Below, piece by piece: positions 12,660 through 24,000 of a stretch of 64,000 nucleotides of DNA; within the stretch, counting starts at the first letter, position 1; each line of letters opens with the position of its first letter. The DNA lies in the NCBI RefSeq assembly GCF_022539665.2, contig NC_081332.1:5766001-5830000 (forward strand), given 5' to 3'. Below the pieces are notes generated by a model that was given only the letters and a program-made list of their open reading frames with translations, was not told the origin of the DNA and searched no databases. The position numbers were made by a program, and so were the translations under genes. Source of the DNA: Daphnia carinata. Taxonomy: Eukaryota.

Positions 12660-14160
12660 TCCGGAATCCAAATTAAGTATAGAAATGCCATGTCATCCAT
12701 TCAATCATTACAATTTATTCAGTGTCTTGCCCCAGCCAAGAATCTTTTCAGATCCAATGTTACTTTTAACCTATGCTGAGAAAAGAAAAACAACACCATT
12801 AAGCATCTCAATTGTTGCTCATGTGACTTACATGACTTACAGATTCAACTTCTGGCAGAAGCTTGGGAAAGGCCATACAAATTGCAGATGAAAATCATTG
12901 TATACGGCTCTTGAATGATAAAATAGCACCCCTAGAATGTTGCATTGTTGATAGTTGTGTTCCCAGTATGCTGAAAATCCTTTCCTATTGGATAAATTTT
13001 TTTTTTTTAGATTAGACATGGTTGGCAAAAAGCAGGAGAAATGCTTTGTCATAAATTCAAAAAATTTTCAAGAGAATTCCTTTCATACCTAAAAAATCCA
13101 TGTATGATGTTCATCGCTGCAATGCCAACGAAATGAAACATCTTTAGGGCCATTTAAGTACCCATCTTCACCAACACTCTGAGAGTAAAGGACAAGTTGT
13201 TCTTTAGCAAGAGAAGCAGAATTATTTGAGGCTTCTAGCTGTGACAGAACTATAAAGGATTGCTGTTACACAGGATTCATTCGCACAAGATCGTACTTCT
13301 CATTAGACAATTTGCATACTCTATTACTTTACCTCATACCTTAATGGTAATGCACTTTCAGTGTTTCAACTGTAGGCTCACTCTTCCATCCTGTAACACT
13401 TCCAGACTTGACTTGATCCCCCACTAAAATTCTGCGAATGCAAAATAATAGCATTAAAAATACTTTTTCGATAGACAAAAAACCGAAAAGTACCTAATTC
13501 ATGTTTTATGTTGAACTTGTGCTATTTCTGGGTTTCCGTACCACTCCCATTTTCAGCCCAAATACGGTCCCACAATTGTTCACTTCCTTCGCTGCATGGA
13601 CTTATTAGTAACAATTCTTTTAGTGCAGCACTAACAGAATTTAACTTTAACACACTGTCAGGTCATAGACTGAATAACTAAACAATAAATAATTGTTTGT
13701 TAAAATTCTATACTGATTTTCAATTCTTATTTGAAAAGTTTAGGTACCTGACTGTTCACCTAATGCCAATTCATCCTCATGTTCAGTTAGGGAAGAGTTA
13801 TGAAAAACCTCCTTCACTGTTTGGAAACTGTTCCATTCCAATTTGTTCTTTTCCCCTAGCTGAGCTTGTAGACTCAAAATTTGAGCTACAAAACACAAAT
13901 GAATAAAAGCAAATAAATAGAATCATTACGTATTAGGCCTTACCATCCTTAGCTTTGCTGTTATCTAATATTTTGTGTTGTTCCAATAATTGGGTCTGCA
14001 GCTTCATAATTTGATCTAATAAACAATAATTGATAATTGAAAACCAAATAGAATAATGTTTATACTTACCATCCTTTTGTTGTATTATCTTATCCATTTT
14101 TCAATTGTTCCTCCAGCCAAGCGTTATTCTCCATCCACGTTACTGAACTAACTGCGAATG
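12660..14160 (-). pseudogene. Mirror copy of the decayed coiled-coil gene (right arm)
   Basis: Reverse complement of 9480-10980. One stop in the left copy (GAA TAA TTG) reads GAA CAA TTG here. Confidence 0.55.
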
Positions 14161-14289
14161 GCATCCAATGGACTGAAATTGCCTACGCCAGTAATAACGA
14201 GTCTGAGCGGTAGATGGCTACGTGTCGGAAAAAAAGAGAAAAGTGTGATTTTTTTTTTTTTTGGCGAAATTTTTTTTTTTTTTATGAAT

Positions 14290-14968
14290 GATGATGATTA
14301 AGAGTTGGTTTTATGAAAAAAGTAACAATTTTCTCGGAATAAGCATTCAATTTTGAGTGTATCCTGTGATTTTTAACCAATTCCAGTGAGGGTTAGTTTT
14401 TGCAAGTTTTGGAGGTAAAATTCCCACGGTCATTTTTTCCGTTTATTTCAGCAACGGTTAATGTAACGAGAAAAAGAATATGTTTTCCGAAATCAGCGTT
14501 AAATTTGGAGTATAACGTGGTATTTTCATCAAATTCCAAGTGATTTATATTTTTGGGGCATACTTGACGGGAAAATTAGGGGATTCCCCGGGGCTTATTT
14601 TTATTTAGCCGTAAGTAGGAAGGCCTTACTACTTTTACAAATTTCGTCAAATTCTAGATTTAATTAAAAACACGTTATGCCGATTCGAAATTGATCGCTG
14701 ATTACGAAAATCGGGTATATTTTTATGTTTGGCTTTTAGATTTTGAATTAACCGTAAAAAACTAAAAGTCGGGCTTATTTTGTCAGACTTAAAATTTTGT
14801 CCTATTAAAATATAATATCATTAAATCGAGATAACTGTATATGATTCTGATTCAAAATTTAATAAGGAACACGATAATTAAATTTGTTTTTACCTAGAGT
14901 TTATAGTTTTTGAATAATCAAAGAAGTTTGATGTGTCACGCTAGCGCTGTAGCGTACTGGCGCGCTAG
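14290..14968 (+). mobile_element. Non-autonomous Helitron-like sequence with a canonical 3' terminus
   Basis: Hairpin ACGCTA-GCGCTG-TAGCGT (14938-14955), a 9-nt gap, then CTAG (14965-14968) followed by T. An identical terminus occurs at 59408-59438. Internal modules are shared with 8690-9350 and 58.9-60.7 kb. Confidence 0.7.
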
Positions 14969-15399
14969 TTAGTTCATCTATTCGGATCTTGGATCTATTC
15001 GATTTTGGATTATTCAAAAACTGTGGCATCTCTATCATGAATTAATGTGACAATTAACTTCAATGGTACTTGAGGCATGCAAATTTTGTTATCAACAATA
15101 AAATAAAACATTTCTTTACCATTCTACACATAATTAAATATTTAGCAACTTTTGAAAGGCAACAAAACATATTCAAAAATTGCCCTCAACGAAGGCCGGG
15201 GGCCGCCGGACACTGCGACGAAACATAAAAGCACTGACAATAGCAATTGTAAGTCAATTTATGATTAAGAAGTGTTAGGTCTTCAGAATTATCGATATTA
15301 GCTTCGTCTCTTGCTTTTATGTATCAAGGTGCCATGCATTAAAATTTCAGATGAGCTCTCTTGTGTACGCTTTTAAATAGAAATTTTCTAGCACATAGG

Positions 15400-16930
15400 T
15401 ACATCCCTATGAACTATCCCGAAACCACAGGTAGTGAGAAGCTGCGAGAAAACTGTTAATTTTTTGCCATATCCCTAACACACAGCGTAATTCACATATA
15501 CGTCACAGGTGCCTTTGATGTAGACGACGCCTGTAAACTTTCAGAACGTGAAGCATTTGTTAACGGAATAGCTACCAGTGTGCATAGAAGAAATCAAAGG
15601 ATTTGTTTTATCTTGTGTGCATCAGGTTATATCAGTAATCCCTTTTTCGTTCTGTGCATCACATTCTAGGACATCTTATCGACAAGATCACCATAGGTAA
15701 ATACCTAAGGTTACAAAAAAATGTTAATTTCCCAAAAATAGATAAAAATATATCCATGTATAAACCAGGTATCATCAGGCCCAAACGATCAATAGCGGTC
15801 AAAACGTCAAGGTGTTCCTTTACCTAAAAGAATTACATTTTTACATTCCCCTTTGCTGTGACGACAGGTCCTCGGCATTGCAGCGAACTTCTTTAACAAC
15901 TGGGTAACATTTGCGAGATGAAATTTTTCGCTGTAAATTTGAACGCAAATTTGATTAAATGCAGCATCATCAACTAAGAACATCAAGTTAGCGACAAGAG
16001 CGTTGTTTCCGCATTTTCCCTAATGCAAACAGAGTACATGAAAAGCAGTAGCTTTAACTATTTCTTTTCTTCCCTACGTTTAGCTACACACCTAAAATAA
16101 TAGCAGCCAGGTGTCCCAAATCTTTCCAGTAGCTCTTAGATGAGTAACATATGGAAATTTATGGAGGTACATTTGCCAGCAATTAATTCTATCCATAGCG
16201 TTAACTACTACTTAGCATAAATGTCATCACGCACACTGATTGGGGAAATGCCACTTTCGTCGCCATTTCGTTCGTAAAGACCTGGTGAAACGTACGTTGA
16301 TGGACGTCGGCTTCAATCACATGATCGGCGGGAATTCTGCAGAGCTTAAATGAGGCTTCAATCAAATTTGGCATTTTAGACATTTGTCGTGCAATCACAA
16401 AATATGTCATAGCCTTTTGCTCAGGATCACAGCATACCAGTTCCAACTCAATTTTCTTTTTCTTTTACTAGCATTGCCAGTGATAGTATTGTGGAGCCCA
16501 CAAAACCAATTCGGGCGGAACGAGAACTTGACGAATCTCCATTTGAATCGTGATTGAATAATTTCTAATAATGTGGAAAAAACGAGGAGAGTTATATAAA
16601 CACAATACAATGGGTGAACTTTAATTCTTACAAAGATCAATAAGACGCCCCTGTTGCTGACCTGTAAAATAACAGAAGAGTAAAAAAATTTATGGTATAT
16701 GCTTTAATACCACAACCATCTAAGACTACCATTGTTAATTCTGGTGTCTTAGTCATACAAGGTATTACCAAAACATGAAGACATCAATCACCAACACAAT
16801 TATCTTGAATGGTTTCAGGATAGAGGGAAAATAGTTATGTTGCAAGATGAAATTTATGCAAGTAGAAAGCTATAATCCAAATTCATTCATTTTCATTGTT
16901 GTTCCATCTTGAAAATGCTTGCATCTACAA
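15400..16930 (-). pseudogene. USP4/USP11/USP15-like deubiquitinase pseudogene, copy 1
   Basis: KEKKIELELVCCDPEQKAMTYFVIARQMSKMPNLIEASFKLCRIPADHVIEADVHQRTFHQVF (~16270-16465) matches recalled USP15 KKERTLEVYLVRMDPLTKPMQYKVVVPKIGNILDLCTALSALSGIPADKMIVTDIYNHRFHRIF. Also a frameshifted Cys-box remnant GNT-C..TPELT (~16735-16785) and VKEHLDVLTAIDRLG/PDDTW (~15770-15825). Many stops and frameshifts. Confidence 0.8.
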
Positions 16931-17479
16931 AAAAATATATATATTATTGGTTCAAAAACATGCAACATGCATGCTCAATGAAGTACAACCTAAATACTCC
17001 GACCATTTGGTGTTACTAAATTATGGACTTGGACGGTTCATAGTTAGCCAGATTAGGTAACACGTAACGCCATCTGGCGAAGAAAACTTGCAAATGGTTC
17101 AATACTATGTTCTTATTCCAGGATTCCAACTGCAAACAATACGGATGAAACGTGTTCGTACGGGAACTAAGGTGTTCGATCTGTAATAAGTTGTAGACTA
17201 CAACACATTATACATCCAGAATTTAATAAGTAGCCAAACCTACTTACTTATTTGCAAGCTGCTAGATTTAATGTTATGGTCAACTTGTAGCGGAAGAAAT
17301 GGTGGCTACGCAATTTCAACTGGAGATATCTTATAATGTGCTTAGGAGAGAATGTTACGACTGATGAAGGGTTGTGTGGGCCTGGACCTTCGAGGTAGGC
17401 CCAAGGCCAGGATACATAACGCCCCGAGAAACTACTTCACGGCCTTCAAAACAAATTATCTTCAATGCTGCCATCTGTT

Positions 17480-18500
17480 GAACACTGAAATACTTTTGCG
17501 TCAGCAGCAAGATAAACTGAATGAGCACCTATTATCCGTGAGAGTAAAGAAGGGCCTTTGAAAAAAGCAGGAATATATTAGCTTTATACAAAAAAAAACA
17601 AAAAAAACACAACAATCACAGATACTTTCCCATGCTTGCCACCAAAAATGTAGGTTACACTACACACTTTCTCTTGGAACTTCCGCTGTTGCCTTTCTTT
17701 ACACAATACTGGGTTGCTAAGTAATTTCATCAACTTTGGGTGTCATTGAAAATATTTCGTTCAATAACAAAGTTCAGTGAATGAATGATATGTTATTGAT
17801 GCAGTATTAAACGGAGTGCTTTTTCATCCTAAGAAAGGCAGATAATATCCACTTGGTAAACCAGCGACTATGTTAAATTATATACCTTCTTTTGAAACAT
17901 CCACTATAGATTTCGTCCACATAATCTTGACAAATTTTCCAAAAATTCCAAGATTCCAGCGTATATCCATCTTCCATTTTGTTGTAGGCCATGCTTCCCT
18001 TCCTCTATCAAGAGGCTGACAACCACTAGGATTTTCTGAAAAGCTCGCTGTAAATGTTTGCGTTCTTTAGCAAATCTCACATTCGTCAAAAGCGTCTACA
18101 CAAACGTCTTTCTTGGTTTACAGTAATTATTTTTTTGTACTACACAGAAGTCTAACCAGCAAACAAAATATGGTCATGAAGTACCCCAGAGGCACGAGTA
18201 AGAGCTTGAACTCCGCATGTTAAGCTCCAGAGTTGACGTTTTGGCTTTTCAGTACCAATCGCCAGTACACTCCGATAATGAAGTACTTGTCATACCTCAT
18301 ACGTCTACTTCACCACAGGTTGCGTCATCTATTAAGAAGAACACGATCTACCAGACCGCTCTGGCGGGCAAAAAGTTCGCATAACCGAGCATACTGGCGA
18401 TTTGGTACTCATTTTTTGGAGCTTAACATGCGTAGTTCAAGTTGTTTTACAGCCTTTAATACTCTTGTTATACTTCATGCTTTGGCCTTAAAAAATGGTC
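17480..18500 (-). pseudogene. Possible decayed spliced gene fragment, family unknown
   Basis: Exon-like blocks with minus-strand splice signals and interrupted frames. No recognisable motif. Confidence 0.25.
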
Positions 18501-19239
18501 ATACCTGATGAATTAGATGGACAAACTGTCTATTGATCTCCACCGCTAGGGGTGTCTTTGGCAACTCGCGTCAATGGCCAACTTTACTGAATAAGGGAAG
18601 TACCGTTGTTAAATATGATTAACCAATAATGTTGCACATATAAAATTTGAAATAATTTGTAACCATTGAAATGTCTCTTTGATAGCTATTACGTGTCTAA
18701 GGCTCGGCGCTGATTACCTGAGACACTTCCTACCTGACGGTACTGGCGTGGCAGCTGGAAAAAAGATAGCCAAAAAAACTCATTATACATATTCCGCGCC
18801 AATATCGACCAGCAGTACGAGCAAAATGTGGCACACTTGTAGATTTTCCTCTTCCATTACCGGGTTACTGTCAAACCACTCCCGCAGAAGCAAGCGCACG
18901 GTCTTCAGTTTACAGCCTGCATTAGTGAGCCATCTGGCGATTGTAACAAAATTCGACAAATTTGAATTCAGGCTTCAGTGCTTGATAGTCCCTATGCTGG
19001 AAGCACTATTAGGTTTAAAATATGTTCCACGCTCCGACGACATCCACACATCCTTTTCCTGCCAAAGCCCCCTCAACGTCGATGTACGTTATTATATCTA
19101 CCGTAGAGCGGGAGCATGATCCACTACAGCCTTATTATGAGTCAAAGGGAAACAGCGCTGCAGAAAAGACGGAAGCCTAGATATGCACTCTAATTTTGTC
19201 TTAATAAAAATACCGTTAACGTGAGAGGACATAAATAAA

Positions 19240-20850
19240 TTATTTTAATTCCTGATTGCTCTCCAAGCTGTTACCAGTGGTTTCAGCACCATCCCTCAAT
19301 CTAAATCCTCTTCCGATTCCCTATGGTTCGTGATCTACATTAAAGAAATAAGACATGAATTAGTATAAATTCTTCCTGATAATACAGTACGTAATACAGT
19401 GAAATCCTAATAACATATTGCTTGCGAATTTTTCCCAGGAAATTGCAGCTTTACAATAAAATACTGTCTAATTCGGTTAAAGTCTTCGCTGGGGAAAAGA
19501 ATATTTACATTAGGGGCTTTTACCTATGCGCAAGCTTATCTCACTGAGGTCGCGTGCAGGAAAAACTCTTTAAAAAGATGACTTCAGGTAACGACCACGA
19601 ACTGAATTTCTTGGGTACACTTAACATTCTTCTTACAGTTAGGGCAATACCTAAGGATATAAAAAGATTAGAACTTGCAAAGAGATTAAAAAACAAAACA
19701 AAAAAACATTAGGCATCAGCAGCCCCCAATCGTAAAATTCAGGTACAGACGTAAAGTAACTTTTTTCGCTAAAGGGCTTCTTTTTGCCATTTAGTGTTTG
19801 CTGCGAGGACGCCTTTTAGGTATCGTAGCTAACTTATTTAAAGCTGGGTCCCATTTGCGAGCGAAGAAATTTTTCTCTGTAAATTTGTACCCACTTGATT
19901 AAAAGCATTTTAGCAAATACTTAATTAAAAATATGGAGGTTACCAACAAGAGTATTGGATGGAGTAATTGGATTCGCATTTTCCTTTCTTTTGCCAAATT
20001 TCGAATTTCCGACCAAGTTTACCAAATCCATTGAAAAAAGCCGTTAGAATGCGCCGCCTTATTTGGATTAGAATCTATCTTCTGATCTCCATAATATGCA
20101 TCGTCCAAATTCCCTAAAAAGAAAAAAAAAGACTTCGTATATATTACTCATGAGTAGAAAGGCGATAATTTCGTATTGCAACAGGTGTTATGTTTCAGCA
20201 TACAAAGATTCCAGTAATTTGTTTAACTGCATTCAGTTGAGCCGCTTTAGTATTTTCATTTCTTGTTCTTAATCAATTTTACATAACATTTTTTTTTTAC
20301 AAAGAATGAAAATAATGATGGCTTACACCATTTGCTTCTTGACATATTAAACATGGGTCATCAATTAATGTTTGATAACAGTTTGGCTTAAATGACTTGG
20401 TGCATCCTTAAAGCCAAACATACAGCTTTCATTAAAAAGCTGAGAATATCCACCTACATATAATGTAATACACTAACCATCACACATATATAAAACGATC
20501 TTAACAAGAAGCAGTAAGAAACTATTTTACTTAGCCTCACTTCCATATGACTCACTCCAATACCTAAAACAAAAATGGAAAAGATGAACAGCGCTCCATA
20601 ATAATAAAGCTTTGGCATGAGCAAACTTTAAAGCCATGGAGGATCGAAGTTGCATTACCATTTACTTATTGACATTTAAAGCAAAACCATAGCATAGGTT
20701 TTCCCAAATGGATGTCTGCACCCAGTAGAAATATTTGCGATATTAACGAAATTTATCGATAGCAAACTTCAAAACTTTGGCAAAGAAAAGGCTTCAACAA
20801 AAGGTATCAAACTATTAACAGATCCGTGAACTGAGATGAAACTTCCTTTG
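19240..20850 (-). pseudogene. USP4/USP11/USP15-like deubiquitinase pseudogene, copy 2
   Basis: RLFSMDLVNLVGN..MLLIKWVQIYREKF..KKVTL..LGAADA*|YCPNCKKNVKCTQEIQ/WSLPEVIFLKSFSCTRPQ*DKL matches recalled USP4/15 [49 protein letters not shown]..DKL. Region 19843-19985 is homologous to 15899-16020. Confidence 0.8.
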
Positions 20851-21039
20851 CAAAAGAAATAATTCAAATTAGGATTTAAATACAAGACCCCCGGCGATCA
20901 CTGATACTGTCTTTGTAAAGCACCTCTAACGTCTTAAAGATTCCTTTCATATTTTACACCTTAAGATTCGAGTGTATTAGGCGGTTTACCACGCTTCTAG
21001 AAAAAAGTTCACAGCGTCAGCTGACAACCCGCCTATATA

Positions 21040-21051
21040 CGCCATCTAGTG
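21040..21051 (-). promoter_or_regulatory. CTCF-like motif (CACTAGATGGCG)
   Basis: Matches the arthropod CTCF core consensus. Related sites occur at 3707, 6126, 9423, 14207, 17068, 18929, 21398 and 21434. Confidence 0.45.
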
Positions 21052-24000
21052 ACAAAAAAATTACGACAACATTTGGCATCAGTTGATTGCAGATTTTGAA
21101 ACGAAACGAAATTAAACAAGGTAGGAAATAGAAATGCAACGTCTTTTCAAAAAGCGAAAAATGATAACTTATCCTGAAGTAACTGGAAATCTGTTACAGA
21201 GTTCTTAATATCTTCCTAATCTAATGCACGCCATCCTTTCGTTTCTACACCAACCAACTCTTCTTGACAACCACAAAAATCACAAAACTAAGGTTCAGCA
21301 TCGCCGTCCGAAACCTTGCATAATTCACGACACTGTGTACGGCTTTTATTTTGCACGACCTTTCGGCTACAAGGAGGTACTAAACAGCATCCATAGACGC
21401 CATCTATAGAGATAGAATACGAACGTTCCGCACTGCCATCTGTCGGCAAAAGATTTCGTGAAACTTTGAATCGCCGTTGGATCAACTAGACGGAATTCCT
21501 ATCAGGAAATTAAGCAAAAAAGACCGTCGTGATGCATGTTAAGAAGCAAAATGTGTCTGATGCCCAATTACCGTTAACCGATTCGTGTCGCGATTGGCAC
21601 GCCAGCGCTCGTTTTTCGTCACCTGCTGGTAATGGATGGCTCGTTAATTAGCTGTCTTCCCCTCCTCCCATGTTCCTTTTTACAACCCCCCGGTTTTCTA
21701 ATGATGTTGAAACATTTCAAATAGCCTTCCGTGTCTCGAGCAGTTAATTATAACAAACCTTCGTTTCCACCCTGCACAGAGTTTCTCCTGTTCTCATTTC
21801 AAACCAAAAAGAAAATTCGATTTGGAATGCATCAAATCCGTTCCAGCAGTTGTGTATTGGGACCCCCTGCTTGGTTAATCGAGACGTATAATAAGAAAAA
21901 AAAAATACAACAACAAAAAAAACGGCCTAAATAAAAAAAAAATGTTCTCCTCAATTTCCTGGGCGTGTATACGCTTATATAGATATGTCTATACACACAA
22001 CAATCAGATTGGACAGCAGGGCCGATTGCCTTGTACGGTTCTACACACGGTCGTCGCTTGATGGCTCGTTTCAAAATGCAGGCCGAGCGTGGACGAAGAG
22101 GAAGATGGAGGATGACCAGGTTGCATGTTTTACAACGCATCACGCTGACCTATTTGATATAATCATTCGTCCCCGAGCATCTTTTATAGCCGCTCGATAA
22201 TGTGTATCACTGTTAAACACACAGTTGCTTGCTGCAAGCATAAAGACGTTTCTATAAAGAGAAAACGAATAAGTAGGAAATCAATGTCGATGTTCATTAG
22301 TGCCGGACTGTTTCATCCGAGCAAGCCAAGTAGATGCTGCCATCTGGGAAGGAATATTTCCCCAACTGGAATGCAGTCGCATCTCGCAGCCATGCAAATG
22401 TGTGCAGTGGGATGTACTACATAGAAAGAGAAGGTATAATATTATTTTCCAAAACGAAAAAAAAAAAAGAAAAAAAAAAAAAAAGAAAAACGTTTTCTTT
22501 TTGGTTTCGGCTCGCGTCGCAGATGACGTCGAAATGCTTTGGTGGGAACGATCAAGACAAAGTGGCAGCCATTTGAAACGCGCACATACACGGGCCCTGT
22601 TATAGCCAACGACTCTTAAAAACGACTCGCTCTTTATGCATCTCGTTATCACTTATGAATGCCTCCCTCCTCTTTTTCTTTTATAATGTACATTTTTTAA
22701 ACCAACCGAGAGAGCCAAAACGAAGGGAATGTACGTGGTGGGAGGAGAGTTAAGAGGAAAAAAAAAAAAATGTAGCACGCCATTTTTAGACACTCAAACG
22801 GACTGGGGAAGAAGAAGAAAAAAGAAAAATAATAATAAAACGATGGCGCGCATTTTTATGCAAATTCCCCAAGCAACTCCGCCCCTCTCTCGGCACCTCC
22901 ATTTCTCATTTTCTCCAAACAAAACGATCTGGAAATTCTGACTTTAAAGCCCCTTCTTCATTTCCCCCCGGTTGGGAGAAGCGATGGGGCCCCCATTTAC
23001 GTTTCAACGCGCACTCACTCTGACTGCTCCTCCTGCTATATAGCTCTTAATGATGATTAACTCTCAATCCTTGTAGCACATTTTCTAATTTTTTGTGCGC
23101 AAAATGAAATGAGAGGTTGGCTCCAGAAAAAAAAAAAAAATTCTATGAGAGATTTCCGGTTCGGAGGCTGTTCAACGTCATGCGCGTTTTTCTTTTGCTC
23201 TTCGATTTCTCACTTGTACGGTCTCTTGTTACCACTGGGTTTCTTTTGAAACACTTGGCGAGAAATTCGTCTCATCAGTGGGGCCTTCCTATAGTTGGAT
23301 ATTTAACAGCTCTTTAAAGAGAGTTAAGTGGTTTTGACAGCTCTCTTTTTTTGGTCTGTGTGAGAGGATGTAACGTGAAATTGAGAAGACTTTGTGTGTG
23401 TGTGTGTGTGTGTGTATTAGTGGTGCGGCGCTGCTGCGGTTCTTATTCGTTAGACTGTATCATTTCCTTCTAGCAAAGGCACATATAGAAAAGAAAAAAA
23501 AAAACGAGAGGAAATCCAGAAACCAAATTTCTATGTGAAATGGTACGCCCTCCCTCTTATTAAAAGAGCGAGAAATAGGAAGAAAAAGGGGGGCAGCTGT
23601 GAAAGTGATTAGAAGTCAACGAAGAAAATGAAGCTAAACAGCAGGATAGAACTAAAAGGAGTTTGGCCAAGTCATTAAGTATTTCTCGAGTAGGTCCTTG
23701 TGTTTTAAGAAAGGAACCACCAGCAACACATTGCATTGAATAGTGCTAGTGCTTTCTCTGCCTACTTGCTTTAAAAGAAGTAAGGGGGGAGGGGGATTGT
23801 AACCCGAGCTAAACGAAAGAGAACGACCATCTTCCTCCATCACCTCCCAAGTGCTCCACATCATTCTTCTCTCCGAGTTTTATGGACTTGCTGGAAACCA
23901 ATTAAGGTTTTGTCACACTCTCCTCCAGTTTTTTTTTTTCTTCTACTCATGTACGTGTATTCTGCTAGATGCTTCTCCAACTGCAAGGGCTCCTTGCAGC

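Larger units (their letters stand above)
9016..14624. repeat. Giant inverted repeat: arms ~9016-11485 and ~12155-14624, spacer ~0.67 kb
   Basis: The arms are near-identical reverse complements. Mirrored positions sum to 23640 (9016/14624, 11285/12355, 11382/12258), and ORFs 10749..11114(-) and 12526..12891(+) translate identically. Confidence 0.97.

Noticed and set aside
10749..12891. Twin 121-aa ORFs as real genes
   Set aside because: Their identity simply reflects the palindrome. They have non-ATG starts, and the homologue at 19.1 kb does not preserve the frame.
19520..19650. CPNC plus an 'ARDLS' peptide next to a structured RNA-like tail, suggesting a Fanzor/TnpB with omegaRNA
   Set aside because: The adjacent frames give YCPNCKK..WSLPEV..DKL, a clear USP4/15 segment. 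No RuvC motifs were seen.
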